Numbered from the stretch's first letter, positions 30,201-39,601 are shown. The stretch: 64,000 nt of DNA from Clostridia bacterium (GCA_045588365.1 JAZNEB010000024.1:114854-178853), one strand, 5' to 3'. Numbers and translations: made by a program. Notes: generated from the sequence alone by a model not told the origin.

Positions 30201-33200
30201 TCTGCTCTTACAGCAAAGTTGTCAAGCTCTGTAACGTCAATTTCGTCATCATCGTAAGCTTTTAAAGAAGCATCAGACATTAATGTTATTTCCTGGAAGT
30301 CTGCCTTGGTGAACCAGTGACCTGTCATATTGATGGTGTAGATCATAGATACTCCGCCTTCAAACTCAACCTTTACTTTAATCTGTCCGCCATCCTTGCC
30401 CATTTCCTTATAAACATCAAATGCCTTACGGAAGTTGCTTCTTGTAATAGTAATTGTTTCTTCATCAGCGGTGAAAGGAATTTCCACTGTATTGTCCTCT
30501 AAAAGAGTAACCTTTGTTGCTGTGAGTCCCTTTACATTGTTTAATGTAATATTCTCCGCTCTTGTAAGAGATGTACCACTTCTGTAAGTGAACTTAAATT
30601 CAACCTGGCTGAAGTCAATTACATCAATGCTTGCAGATAAAACTTCACCTGTTCCAAAGGTTATCACAACCTCATGGCTTCCCTTTTCAAGAGAAAGTGC
30701 AAATTCTTCTGAAAGAACAATCTTTTTATCAACTAAAGTATAGTCTGTATTTAATGTAAGTTCTTCTTCGTCAACCTCTACCTTGGTAACCTCGGTAGCA
30801 TCAACTGTAAGAGTAATGTCGTCTATTATAACATCCTCAGGAACGGAAACGTCAATCTGTACATTTCCTTCATTTGTAATTCTGGGAAGATTTGCAATCT
30901 GAGCTGCAGTCTTGGTTACAACATCCTCATCATCAATGGGATCAATAAGACGGATTTCGGAGAATGCCCATACGTTCTGAACATAATTCGGATTATTTTC
31001 TGCAATTTCAGTCGCTTCAACCTTTAAGTATCTTGCCTTAAGGTTGTACTGTGTTCCGCCGTATACAGCCATCATGTCCTGACTTAAGTTGATTCTTGCA
31101 CCCGAGAACATATCAGACTTTAACCAGGTTTCTCCGTCCTCAGAAACATAGATATAGCCCTTGGTCATGTTCTGATGACCGCCGTTGTTTTCGAACAATT
31201 TGGTGCCATCGCCTGAAATTCTGCCGTAAACTCTTACACCGGAGAAGGTCTTCTCTTCGCCTAAGTCTATCTCAATCCATGCTGTTGTGGCATCGGCAGT
31301 TCCCTGTTTATTTGCTGCAACTGCATTTGCGATTTCAACAAACTGGCCTGATATTTTTCCGTAAGCGTTATCAAAAGCATAGATAAGCTTGTTAAGTGAG
31401 CTTGCTGTAGCAGTACCATTTGTGCTACCCAGTGTCAGTGCACTTTCTAAAGTTTCTTTTGCAGGAAGGTCTATATCTCCCTTTGCTAAGGGGTTAAAGT
31501 CGCCACCGATAAAGTTATGCGAAAGTTCTTCGCTCGGCCAATCTTCCTTATCCCTGGGCTTTAACACTTCAATTTCCATTATACAGGTGTACTTTGTTCC
31601 ACCGTTCTGGGTTGCGAGAGTTACAACCTTGATACCAACTAATTCCTCAGCCTCTTCAAGGTATATGCTCTTAGGCTGTCTGTCATAGCCTTCTGAACCC
31701 TGAACGTCGTACTTGGTATATAAAATTCTTCCGTCAATAATATGTCTTTCTTCGGTGCCGTCCGCAGTTTTATATATACCTATAAGTCTTACATCCATGG
31801 GGCTTGATCCATGGCTTGCGTCAGGTCTGTGATAGAGTCTTACACCGCCAACGGGAATTTCCTCATTGAACATAATTGTAACGGTCTTTGCATCTAAAAG
31901 TCCCTGTCCTGTTGCAGTTGTTTGGTGGTTTCCGTGCCAGCCGTTGGTGTAAAGGTTTCCTAATGTAACTCCGTCAAAAAGTCGGGGAGTCCATGTCTTG
32001 ACATTGGATTCAACAGGCTCTGCAGTTTCTCCGTCGTGAGTTGTTGAACCAACCTTGGTATTTGCCATATCTATATATACGGAAGGATCATAGAAGTCAG
32101 ATAAGCCTGCTGTCTGTGCAGGAGTCAAAGCAGCTTCATTTGCAATGGGATCTAAAAGTCTGATTTCAGAAACTGTCCAGTTTCCTGCTTCGCCACCGTA
32201 AAGCTTAGTTGCTACAAGCTTTACATATCTTGCCTTTATGTTCTTGGCTTCTTTGCCGAACTTTGTGGGAACATCCTGATAAAGAGCTGTTTTGCTTGCT
32301 GCAGCAAAGCCGTCTGTACTATACCAGTTTTCACCGTCTGAGGATAACAGGAGATAACCGTGTGTGAGTCCCTGCATACCTGACGCATAAACAGTTGTGG
32401 CATTTTCACGTCTGTTGTAAACTCTTAAGCCCGAGAAGGTAATCTCTCTGCCTAAGTCAAACTCAATCCACGCCTTTTCGTTTGCAGCTGTATTTACACA
32501 GTACAAGTATTCAAAATGACCGGGAGATGCACCTGTATAGCCCATTAAGTTATCATAAAGATATTTCGAAGGCCACTGAACGGGATTTTCCGCATTCTCT
32601 GCATCCGAACCGATTGTAACGGTTACAGGAGGCATGGAGAAATCACCGTCTGCAAAGGTCAAAGGATAGGTGATTTCTGCAGAAGGTCTCAATTCAACTG
32701 CCTTGGGCTTTAAGATTTCAATTTCCATAAGAGCAACAAATGAAGGATTTGTTGCAGGATTTTCACCCTGGAATACAAGGTCAATACCCACAAGGTCCTC
32801 TAAGGGGTCATCAAAATAGATGCTCTTACCGTCTAAGTCATAGCCAGAAGCATTTAATGTGAATGTAACATGATGTCTTGAAAGGGGAAGCTTCTTTGTT
32901 CCGCCGTTTCCGTCATCATAAATTCCTACAACGTCAAAGTAGCCGGGTGTTCCTGTTCCATTCTGTCTGGGATAAAGTCTTACACCGGCAACAGTTTTTT
33001 CGCCGTCAATAAAGTCGTCATTGAACATAACTGTAATGGTTCTGCCTGCATCATCTGTACCGCTTGCAGACTGCCAGCCGTAAAGGTTGAATGCAGAAGA
33101 CTCTATAACTCCGTCAAAGAGCTGAGATATATTATAGCTGCTTGCTAAAGCAGAACCGTAAGCAGAATTTTCAAGGTCGATATATTTATCCGCCTTGTAG

Positions 33201-34717
33201 TAATCCGTTCCGCCCATTGCTACTTTTGCTTCAGCTTCTTCCAAAAGTGCAACATAATTTGTAGCAGTATCTCCGTCTTCTTCATATCCGCCGGAAAGGG
33301 CGAGCTTCTGAACACCCGAAAGCTCATCATAAGCCTCTCTTGCAGCTTCAACTAAGCCCTTGTTTGTTTCAAAAGCATCGTCATCTTCAAAATCCAAATC
33401 TTCCAGTGCTTCAATCTTGGATATAACTGCAACAGCGGAAGCCTCTTCCTTATAAGAGGAAAGATTAGCCATATCAATTATATCATTGCCTCTGGGAGCC
33501 AGGAAACGGATTTCAGAATTTGCCTGATGTATACTACCTCTGTCTATAACAAGTCTTATGTATTTGGCGTTAACCATATCGTATGGGGTTTCGCCAAAGC
33601 TTACATAAAGGTCCTGTTTAAGAGTATTTTCCGCTGTAACAAGGTCAGCTCTTGCCCAGTTAGTGCCGTCTGCAGAAACCTCAAGGTAACCGCCGGAAAA
33701 TCTCTGATTTCCGCCGCCGTTTGACCAAGGTACATACTCTCCATCCACAACAGATGTTCTCTGATAAAGTCTGATACCGGAAAAGCTGAAAGGAACGTAA
33801 GATGTGATTGTGAAGGTAGCTGTGCAGCCTTCTTTCAAAGCTCCGTCCACTTTTTCAATGGCGTTCTGATAGCACATATATGTACCAAGATTATAGTCAG
33901 TAAGATTAGAGATAGCGCCTTCAATTACCGCATTAGCCGTTCTTTCTCCCTGTCTGGAAACTTCAATAGAATAGAAAGCAGGAGCAAAAGCCGGAACTTC
34001 TCCGGCACCTACGCCCTTGCCTGCGAAATCTGTATAATTCTCAGAAGGTTTCAATATATCAAGACCTGCAAATGCAGTAAAGCCAACACCGGGATTTCTT
34101 CCGCCCGAACCGTCAGCAACATGTGCAACAACTATTTTAAGTCCTTTAACGGTAGCATCGGCACCTTCTGCAAAGTAAACGTTTTTACGAACATTTGCAG
34201 CGTTGTCTCCGTCCTTTTCATAGTCTCCGACATCTCCAGAGAAAAGGATTTTTTCCCCGTCTTCATAAATACCTTTAACTATAATAAAGCGGGGAGCTCC
34301 ACCCAGATTATTTCTGGGCCAGATACCAATACCGCCAACTTCAATTCCTCCGTCGGTAAATTTTTCTTCATTAAACATAACCGTAATGGTCTTCTTAGCC
34401 AAAGCCGCTTCGGTAACTCCTGCAGCATCGGTCGTTGAATGCCATATGGTTGTGTAATTATCACTGTCAAAGAGGTTTGAAGCGCTTCCCTGAGCAACAC
34501 TTCCCACTTCACAGCTTTCTATGTAAGTTGCATAGTCATAGTAATCTGCTTCGGAAGCAAAAAGTTCTGCTTCTTCCTCCTCATCTTCAAATTCCTCTGC
34601 CTCAATAACTTCGGGTTCAAGTTCTGCCTCTTCCCCGAATATGGGCATGGTTGTAAAACCTGTGCATAAAGATACTAACATACACAAGCTTAAAACAACA
34701 GATAAGATTTTCTTCAT
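24287..34717 (-). CDS. Giant (3476 aa) SLH-anchored surface protein with multiple F5/8 type C (discoidin)-like domains, Ig-like repeats, two Listeria-Bacteroides-type repeats and three C-terminal SLH domains
   Basis: Signal peptide MKKILSVVLSLCMLVSLCTGFTTMPIFG. Recurring ...TITVMFNEE...GG(V/I)RLY.R... discoidin-like units; ...YEFVGWYLDAAYTV... (Flg_new-like); C terminus has three SLH-like repeats (AISNMYVDYIVNGKSETAFDPDSDITRAEF..., FADVNVGDWFANAVAWAVNQGI..., FADKAEISTYANYQVNWAADKGVISGY...). Confidence 0.85.
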   Translation of the reverse strand: MKKILSVVLSLCMLVSLCTGFTTMPIFGEEAELEPEVIEAEEFEDEEEEAELFASEADYYDYATYIESCEVGSVAQGSASNLFDSDNYTTIWHSTTDAAGVTEAALAKKTITVMFNEEKFTDGGIEVGGIGIWPRNNLGGAPRFIIVKGIYEDGEKILFSGDVGDYEKDGDNAANVRKNVYFAEGADATVKGLKIVVAHVADGSGGRNPGVGFTAFAGLDILKPSENYTDFAGKGVGAGEVPAFAPAFYSIEVSRQGERTANAVIEGAISNLTDYNLGTYMCYQNAIEKVDGALKEGCTATFTITSYVPFSFSGIRLYQRTSVVDGEYVPWSNGGGNQRFSGGYLEVSADGTNWARADLVTAENTLKQDLYVSFGETPYDMVNAKYIRLVIDRGSIHQANSEIRFLAPRGNDIIDMANLSSYKEEASAVAVISKIEALEDLDFEDDDAFETNKGLVEAAREAYDELSGVQKLALSGGYEEDGDTATNYVALLEEAEAKVAMGGTDYYKADKYIDLENSAYGSALASSYNISQLFDGVIESSAFNLYGWQSASGTDDAGRTITVMFNDDFIDGEKTVAGVRLYPRQNGTGTPGYFDVVGIYDDGNGGTKKLPLSRHHVTFTLNASGYDLDGKSIYFDDPLEDLVGIDLVFQGENPATNPSFVALMEIEILKPKAVELRPSAEITYPLTFADGDFSMPPVTVTIGSDAENAENPVQWPSKYLYDNLMGYTGASPGHFEYLYCVNTAANEKAWIEFDLGREITFSGLRVYNRRENATTVYASGMQGLTHGYLLLSSDGENWYSTDGFAAASKTALYQDVPTKFGKEAKNIKARYVKLVATKLYGGEAGNWTVSEIRLLDPIANEAALTPAQTAGLSDFYDPSVYIDMANTKVGSTTHDGETAEPVESNVKTWTPRLFDGVTLGNLYTNGWHGNHQTTATGQGLLDAKTVTIMFNEEIPVGGVRLYHRPDASHGSSPMDVRLIGIYKTADGTEERHIIDGRILYTKYDVQGSEGYDRQPKSIYLEEAEELVGIKVVTLATQNGGTKYTCIMEIEVLKPRDKEDWPSEELSHNFIGGDFNPLAKGDIDLPAKETLESALTLGSTNGTATASSLNKLIYAFDNAYGKISGQFVEIANAVAANKQGTADATTAWIEIDLGEEKTFSGVRVYGRISGDGTKLFENNGGHQNMTKGYIYVSEDGETWLKSDMFSGARINLSQDMMAVYGGTQYNLKARYLKVEATEIAENNPNYVQNVWAFSEIRLIDPIDDEDVVTKTAAQIANLPRITNEGNVQIDVSVPEDVIIDDITLTVDATEVTKVEVDEEELTLNTDYTLVDKKIVLSEEFALSLEKGSHEVVITFGTGEVLSASIDVIDFSQVEFKFTYRSGTSLTRAENITLNNVKGLTATKVTLLEDNTVEIPFTADEETITITRSNFRKAFDVYKEMGKDGGQIKVKVEFEGGVSMIYTINMTGHWFTKADFQEITLMSDASLKAYDDDEIDVTELDNFAVRADSVWNNAWKNHPMSSFFYPRAAEGVTGYNYHAETTEGKLHYIDVDFGETVTVGGLRYQARLESGNYTPDWKKVIIYGSTNFETWTKLYEGAANNGQRINEFGFSDNASVRYVRIYIEGVNAHVTANSLSFLKPTSRVTNELRFEAGATEIADDVVINYVTYPSGKTLSKIELEGEEISSEDYFIGEYGTVTIKKESLVGMNIGDYELKLYFNDIADPVTATLKVANSLMTEFKFSYLSGTSVRRTEEIVLNNVKGLNVTKVTLFEDETVEIPFTANTSNITITRTAFRQAFDVYAAMGLEEGAHKVVVTFEDDTTLTYTITISGDWVTAADLTGVLTVNATFDTDEINILDYENFAIRPDSVWNNAVSNHPAGAFFQEEISEEAAGQRYHASTDEGRNHYLDVDFGENVTVGGVRYIARIATNGTTGLPFLDPNWSQIVISGSTDFETWETLYEGSATSERINDLWFDGNTEVRYLRIYIGNTGYPTANAIRILKPSSRILGTLEFEKGAPELQEDVVVNYITYPSGKAISKVEFNGEEISNTRYLVEADKITIDQEYFLEFEVGTYPLKVYFAGGEVSETTLKVNDCTETEFKFSYYNGTSVARTEKLELKNIKGLSVTKVVLKSDGTVIPFTANEETITIGRSDFRKAFDVYKALGLETGKLQLLVKFEDNSYLTYSVILSGYWATKANALSTDATFASDEIDIITEYPDFAVRPDSVWNNAGANHPVNAFFRSTLAELTGGYRYHGETNEGNNHYLDIDFGATAEIGGLRYYARYEGGKYQPNWSKVEIFGSDDFETWEKLYDGKATGSARTTDLSFSKNAEVRYLRIYISNTQYATAASIRFLAPSLRIYNEFGGVMTSVTLEKANANEEVVVYTDLPVTGVKVGGATVSSSNYTFDAETMKLTIKKGALSAIKTAGVATTIEVFGGEMSAVLNVSFGEKLFSDEVLPYNFANTIKYVSGYSNGGGVGNLIDRGVVRRTADGKIMTNSDDDKKLKSSGFTVESAAAEIYSDSTTGAYPVIEIDYQIPHTFSGVRVYHRVWVSGGNRQFGQTMNKAYLQVSNDGVNWLTSDTWKATLDKGSNKNSYDDIKFMINGEEVNVTARYLRLCIVTTSNPTSIMEICLYKPGSGRSLNPAEITFEGERALFSETDPRDVSFGVVYNDAVALSAIRVVAEGEVITTVDPSYINTQGETIVITKDFFLDNGSSVLPEEFDFVMSFVMGDDVSVPAGYVEEEIHSVTFGSQDANVTVIAKRVDKETGEVIGEVSVSPFDAKRHEDTVFVATIIEDGYEAVWEIEENIQTTYEEKPLLFDDTWTLTTNGFRNSGRDYGIHRAFDNNNTTDVWSDTAGHGGSYDSVNNDLDITAIFGRRVTLSSMSWQHRIHLTSPNAYAAGQGVREYKLYAIVDSVIADTPFKTGTLLANETLQAITFDPIELDGLYIWMKRGNSNFSVADINLIERVATEKNVAVKGEVTRKGTKTEEFKIADLYADAVVKVSTVAVAPGEVKVTTDLVGLSTTADTPTTATKGETLEVTLVAHEGEELPNEITEITQDGHVLVCGLDFSYVKTTVPGEVSLMSLNPGDEIGVITIFNARGDIHIIADAEGVTRRKVTYVDEHGAKGTVPASKFYMEGDEITIASSSLKLTGYTFKGWNWTGEVVAEGEEYTLYSAGDPFVMPDEDVTFVAVWELKQSGGQPQRPQGGGGDSSDDDKPESFGGGGFGGVSDKFQVVISGVGTQAVTKGTVLSAPAVEAGYEFVGWYLDAAYTVPYANTGVTGSLTVYPYVRKVRQATDLADIQNHWAKEAISNMYVDYIVNGKSETAFDPDSDITRAEFCQILYKISGQTSDGSENFADVNVGDWFANAVAWAVNQGITMGTTEDTFSPYAKITREQMATMIYRYATKVGAEWEISGEASFADKAEISTYANYQVNWAADKGVISGYPDGTFGAKKEATRAEAVVMLTRLMNLLGR
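27790..30790 (-). repeat. Three tandem internal repeats of about 1 kb (about 335 aa each) inside the giant gene
   Basis: The protein blocks (T/V)EFKFSY.SGTS..R(T/A)E.I.L(N/K)N(V/I)KGL..TKV.L..D.TV.IPFTA.....ITI.R..FR.AFDVY...G recur at about aa 1310, 1640 and 1975. The DNA copies are diverged by roughly 20-30%. Confidence 0.6.
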
Positions 34718-35010
34718 GAAACCACTCCTTTACAATTGCTTCTTATCACTTTATGTCTGTATGGTCATAAGCGTTAAAACCGCATGCCGCAAGGGTTCCC
34801 ACCCTCTTTTCAGGCACAAATGAGCTTTCGACATTTACTCATTTATGCGACAATGAGCGCATTATGACATCATACTGTATCTTATATAATACATCAAAAT
34901 ACCCCCCGGTGTCAACAAAAATAAATTTTTTTCTCCTTTATTTTTTCTCTTTTTTTATTTTAGGACACTTTGCACAAATTCTTTGTTTTTTTCTGTGCAA
35001 TTTCACCACC

Positions 35011-35047
35011 AGGTTTTCTTTTTCGCAATAAAAAAAGACGGATTTTC
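35011..35047 (-). terminator. Terminator after the AEC transporter gene
   Basis: AAAAAAAGACGGA-UUUU-CCGUCUUUUU. Confidence 0.55.
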
Positions 35048-35058
35048 CGTCTTTTTCC

Positions 35059-35994
35059 TTATCTTGCTCCCAGCATAAAAATTATAGGAATTGTAATTGC
35101 CGAAAGGGCGTGGGATATAAGTGCCATTCCTGCCGCCTTTGCGGTGTCCTTGCCGTAGGCTCCCGGAATAACCACGGTATTTAATCCAAGGGGCATGGAA
35201 ATAAAGCAAAGAGCACATTTATATGTAATATCGTCAAGATTCAGGTAAGGTGCAATTAAAATGAATATCAGGGGTATTATCACAAGACGTATAATGCTCA
35301 CCAGATAAACCTTTCCGTCCGTAAAGGTTTTCTTAAGGCTTATGGTAGCTATGGTAATACCCGTAAGGAGCATTGCCACAGGGCTCATACACGCCTTTGC
35401 CGAGGATACAACATCCTCCAGAAAGCCGGGCATTTTAATTCCCGTAAGTCCCAAAAAGGCGCCTATTATCATGGCTATGAACATGGGATTGCATAAAGCC
35501 TTTAACCTTTCCTTAAAGCTTTGTCTGTTTCCTGTCCCCCCTATTAAAAGAGAGGGCACAGCCCAGAGATAAATGGCAATCCAGCCGGGAAGAGTAAAGG
35601 TTATGTACTGTAAAAAGATTTCGGGGAACAGTGCTTCAACCACCGCATTTCCCATAAATCCGAAATTGGCAAATATAAGTCCGTAGGCGTAGATATTCTG
35701 CTCATACTTGTCTTTTGAAAGAGCTTTCACCAAAAGAAGCATAATAGGAATCATAATAAGAACCAAAACGGCACTTGTCAGAAAGATATTTCCCGTTTCC
35801 TTAAATTTATCCACCGTAAAATCATTGGCAAAGGTTAAAAGCACCAGTGCCGGAACGAACAGTACATTTTCAAGTCTCGATAAAACCAGTCGTGTACTTT
35901 CGGGAAGGACATTTACCTTCCCCAATACATAGCCTATTATAATGAAGGTAAATAAAAAACCTATTTTGTCTAATGTAGATATAAATAATTCCAT
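35059..35994 (-). CDS. AEC-family (auxin efflux carrier / malate permease-like) transporter
   Basis: 311 aa with about 10 TM helices and the two-repeat AEC architecture; N terminus MELFISTLDKIGFLFTFIIIGYVLGK. Confidence 0.7.
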   Translation of the reverse strand: MELFISTLDKIGFLFTFIIIGYVLGKVNVLPESTRLVLSRLENVLFVPALVLLTFANDFTVDKFKETGNIFLTSAVLVLIMIPIMLLLVKALSKDKYEQNIYAYGLIFANFGFMGNAVVEALFPEIFLQYITFTLPGWIAIYLWAVPSLLIGGTGNRQSFKERLKALCNPMFIAMIIGAFLGLTGIKMPGFLEDVVSSAKACMSPVAMLLTGITIATISLKKTFTDGKVYLVSIIRLVIIPLIFILIAPYLNLDDITYKCALCFISMPLGLNTVVIPGAYGKDTAKAAGMALISHALSAITIPIIFMLGAR

Positions 35995-36002
35995 TTTGTC
36001 TC

Positions 36003-36797
36003 CTAAAATCTTATGCCTAAAAGCTTCCGGGCATTTTTATAAAGCATTTTTTTGTTCTCTCTTTTGGAAAAGCCGAAGCTTAAAAGCTTTTCCACCGTTC
36101 CCCTGGGGTTGTGCATCGGAAAATCGGAGCCGAAAAGAACCTTGTCTGTTCCGTGATTTTCTATAATCCTTATTGCCTGAGCACTGTCCATAAAATCAAT
36201 AGAGCTTGAAGCGTCAAGATACAAGTTATCGAATTTACCCACAAGATACTCTTCAGCCTCGTCCCACACACTGTAGCCTCCAAGGTGTGCTGCAATTACC
36301 GTAAGGTCGGGGAAGGCCGCACACACATTTGCAACCCTTTTGGGATGTGAAAGGTCCGAATTTTTGTCTCCCACATGAAAAAGAACGGGCAGACTGCCTC
36401 TTGCTGCCTCGTACACAGGAAGAGCCTTTTCCTCGTCAAGAGCAAAATTCTGAAAATCCGAATGAATTTTAATTCCCAGAAGACCAAGGCTTTTTATTCT
36501 TTCGGTTTCTCCCTTTATATCGGGAAAGTCAGGGTGCATTGTCCCGAAGCCCACAAACTCCCTGTTTTCCGAAACCAGCTTTGCTATATAGTCGTTTATA
36601 TGCTCCACCTGTTCAGGCTTTGTGGCGGTGGAATGAATGAGGCATTTTGCTATCCTGCCTTTCTTCATCTCATTTTTTATGTTTTCCACATTTCCCACAC
36701 TGTACATAGAAACTCCGTAGTAATCGCCTGTTGCCCTTGTGGCTTTCTCGGCAATCTTTTCGGGAAATACATGGACGTGTGCATCAAAAACCTTCAT
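36003..36797 (-). CDS. Amidohydrolase-2 family metal-dependent hydrolase (TIM barrel)
   Basis: MKVFDAHVHVFPEKI... HxH metal motif and conserved His/Asp downstream; 264 aa. Confidence 0.65.
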   Translation of the reverse strand: MKVFDAHVHVFPEKIAEKATRATGDYYGVSMYSVGNVENIKNEMKKGRIAKCLIHSTATKPEQVEHINDYIAKLVSENREFVGFGTMHPDFPDIKGETERIKSLGLLGIKIHSDFQNFALDEEKALPVYEAARGSLPVLFHVGDKNSDLSHPKRVANVCAAFPDLTVIAAHLGGYSVWDEAEEYLVGKFDNLYLDASSSIDFMDSAQAIRIIENHGTDKVLFGSDFPMHNPRGTVEKLLSFGFSKRENKKMLYKNARKLLGIRF

Positions 36798-36860
36798 TTG
36801 TCAACGCTCCTTTGTCAATTCCCTACATTATACGCTTTAAGTCTCTTTTTGTCAACAATT

Positions 36861-37184
36861 TCAGCTTATAAAATCCTCGAAAATCATAAGAGCTTTTTCA
36901 AGATTTTCCGTTACAATCCCTTCTTTTAATATTTCCTCGTCCTTTTGTCTTAAGGGTGATGCTTTCCCGCTCCTCACCATCTCCTCTTTATCGCCCTTAA
37001 GTGCCAGAATTACAATTTCACCGTTATCAGATAAAATCAGCTTATATAAAATTTCTGCCTTGTTTTCAATTTTCGCCGAGCTTGCCTCCTTTAATTTTAT
37101 ACTTTCCTTTTCTCCCGTAAATATAAAGGCAGAAGAAAAAATAAACACAAAAAGGCATATAAGACCGAAAATTTTTTTAATCAT
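36861..37184 (-). CDS. Small secreted hypothetical protein
   Basis: 107 aa with N-terminal signal peptide MIKKIFGLICLFVFIFSSAFIFTG. Confidence 0.4.
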   Translation of the reverse strand: MIKKIFGLICLFVFIFSSAFIFTGEKESIKLKEASSAKIENKAEILYKLILSDNGEIVILALKGDKEEMVRSGKASPLRQKDEEILKEGIVTENLEKALMIFEDFIS

Positions 37185-37322
37185 AAAAAATCCCCTTTTT
37201 TAGTTTTCCTTGCCATAGTATTCCCTTTATAAAAAAAATGATACTTTGTAATACTTTTTTAAAAAATATGTGTTATAATGTGTATCGTGGGGTTTTATCC
37301 CCTATCGGTTTTACGGAAAGGG

Positions 37323-39560
37323 ATGATTTTTTTGGCAGAAAGAAAAAAAGTTTCTCACAGACGAAAAAGAAGAAAAAAATTACATTTATCTGCTTTTATA
37401 TTTAAATGCATTCTTGTCTTATTGGCTCTGTCCGTTATTGCGGGAGCTGCCGTTTGTATTTTTACCGAGCCTATTGATGCAACCTTGTTAAGTATGAAAA
37501 TGTCCTCGGTGATATACTACGAAAATGACCAGGGCGAAAAGGTAATCGTTCAGAATCTTTACAGCGATGAAAACCGAACCTGGGTGGATTTTGAGAAAAT
37601 TCCACTCAATATGAAAAACGCCTTTATCGCCATTGAGGACGAAAGATTTTATTCCCATCCCGGCTTCGACTTAAAAAGACTGGGCGGTGCAGTAATAAAT
37701 ACAGGTCTTCGCATTTTCGACAAAAACCGTCCCGTTTACGGTGGAAGTACCATCACCCAGCAGCTGGTTAAAAACTTAACCGGGGAGGACGAGCGTTCCT
37801 TCCTCCGCAAGGCAAAGGAAATTTACAGAGCCTTCCGCCTTGAAAAGGATATGTCCAAAAACGATATTTTGGAGCTTTACTTAAACTCTATATATTTAAG
37901 TCAGAACTGTAACGGTGTAGGTGCCGCATCAAGAACCTATTTTGCCAAGGAAGTGTCCGAGCTTTCTTTGGCAGAATGTGCCTCCATCGCAGGCATTACC
38001 CAGTACCCCTCTCTTTACGACCCCTACAGAAATCCCGAAGCCAACAAAGAAAAGCAGCTTTTAGTCCTTGGCAAAATGCTTGAGCTTGGTATGATTTCAG
38101 AGGAAGAATATGTTGATGCCAAGGATGAAGAGCTTACCTTTGCAAGGGCTGAGGGGCATTCCAATACATACTATTCTTATTTTGTTGATACCGTCATTGA
38201 AGAGGTTATGAACGATTTAACAGGCGAATACAACTATACCCAGACCATGGCAGAAAGTATGCTCTATACAGGCGGTCTTCAGATTAAATGTACCATCGAC
38301 CCCCAGATTCAGGCTGTACTGGAAAAGGTTTATACCTCTGAGGAAAACTATATTAAAAAAGGCGACGAAATGATGCAGTCCGCCATGGTTGTTACAGAAG
38401 CTTCTACAGGCGAAATAAAGGGTATCGTGGGAGGCATGGGAGAAAAAAGCGGTTCCAGAACCTTTAACCGTGCCACCGCTTTAAGACAGCCGGGTTCTTC
38501 CATAAAGCCCATCGCTGTCTATGCTCCCGCCATAGAAAACGGAGTTATCAACGAAGCTACCGTTATAGATGACTTTGAAACCACATTTATTATTGACGGC
38601 GGCACTGAATGGACCCCCAGAAATTCGGGAAATTCATTTTTAGGACCTGTTTCTCTCCGTACTGCCGTTGCAAAATCCTTAAATATTCCTGCCGCAAAGG
38701 TTTTGGAGGAAACGGGAATAAATACTTCATATAACTTTTTAACCCAGAAGCTGGGAATAACGTCTTTAGTTGAAAAAAGACAGACTGCCGAGGGCATAGT
38801 TTCGGACAAAGCTCTGGCAGCCCTTTCTCTGGGCGGTCTTACCGACGGAGTTTCACCCATAGAAATGGCAAGCGCCTATGCTCCCTTTATAAACAACGGG
38901 TATTATATAACGCCTCACACTTATACGGAAATTTACGATTTCAACGGGGAGCTTTTATTCAGAAAACGTCCCGAAACGCACCGTGCAATGAAAGATTCCA
39001 CAGCCACTATCGTAACTGACCTTTTAACCTCCGTTGTCAAGGAAGGAACGGGTACTTCGGCTTATTTCCCTGGTCCCGAGCTGGCGGGAAAGACAGGTAC
39101 CACCACCAACAACCACGACAAATGGTTTGTAGGCTATACCCCCTCACTGGTTGCTGCAACCTGGGTGGGCTATGACAACCCTTCTGCCATAAATTCCTAC
39201 GGAAATCCTGCGGCAAGACTCTGGCAGGCTGTAATGTCAAAAATCGATTATTCAAAAAGACCAAAAAGCTTTTCAAGAGTTCTTTCCTATGAGGGATTAG
39301 AAGAATATCATATCTGTTCTGTCAGCGGTCTTTTAGCCCGTGATTTCTGCATAGAGGCAGACACGGTTTATTCGGTGCTTTTAGACGATAAATCCTACAG
39401 AGCTCTGGACGAATGTGAGGAGGACGCTCATTTCGAAGAGTTACCCGATGAGGAAATTATCCCTCCTGAGGGAGATTTGCCTCCTCAGGATGTTATTCCG
39501 GATGTCCCCGAGAATGACAGTGATGCTTCAAACACTGCCCCATCTGTAACAGAATTATAA
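37323..39560 (+). CDS. Class A penicillin-binding protein (transglycosylase + transpeptidase), PBP1A-like
   Basis: N-terminal TM anchor, GT51 motifs (EDERFYSHPGFD, GGSTITQQLVKN) and transpeptidase SxxK (SSIKP), SxN, KTG(T). The start could also be the ATG at 37278. Confidence 0.85.
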   Translation: MIFLAERKKVSHRRKRRKKLHLSAFIFKCILVLLALSVIAGAAVCIFTEPIDATLLSMKMSSVIYYENDQGEKVIVQNLYSDENRTWVDFEKIPLNMKNAFIAIEDERFYSHPGFDLKRLGGAVINTGLRIFDKNRPVYGGSTITQQLVKNLTGEDERSFLRKAKEIYRAFRLEKDMSKNDILELYLNSIYLSQNCNGVGAASRTYFAKEVSELSLAECASIAGITQYPSLYDPYRNPEANKEKQLLVLGKMLELGMISEEEYVDAKDEELTFARAEGHSNTYYSYFVDTVIEEVMNDLTGEYNYTQTMAESMLYTGGLQIKCTIDPQIQAVLEKVYTSEENYIKKGDEMMQSAMVVTEASTGEIKGIVGGMGEKSGSRTFNRATALRQPGSSIKPIAVYAPAIENGVINEATVIDDFETTFIIDGGTEWTPRNSGNSFLGPVSLRTAVAKSLNIPAAKVLEETGINTSYNFLTQKLGITSLVEKRQTAEGIVSDKALAALSLGGLTDGVSPIEMASAYAPFINNGYYITPHTYTEIYDFNGELLFRKRPETHRAMKDSTATIVTDLLTSVVKEGTGTSAYFPGPELAGKTGTTTNNHDKWFVGYTPSLVAATWVGYDNPSAINSYGNPAARLWQAVMSKIDYSKRPKSFSRVLSYEGLEEYHICSVSGLLARDFCIEADTVYSVLLDDKSYRALDECEEDAHFEELPDEEIIPPEGDLPPQDVIPDVPENDSDASNTAPSVTEL

Positions 39561-39562
39561 AA

Positions 39563-39596
39563 AAATCCCTGAGCAAAGGCTCAGGGATTTTTTTAT
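39563..39596. terminator. Bidirectional terminator between the PBP and nagB-like genes
   Basis: AAAAAATCCCTGAGC-AAAG-GCTCAGGGATTTTTTT. Confidence 0.6.
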
Positions 39597-39601
39597 TGAA
39601 A

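Noticed and set aside
26048-34438. Numerous 60-120-aa ORFs on the plus strand inside the 3476-aa gene
   Set aside because: Antisense artefacts of a very long ORF with biased codon usage.
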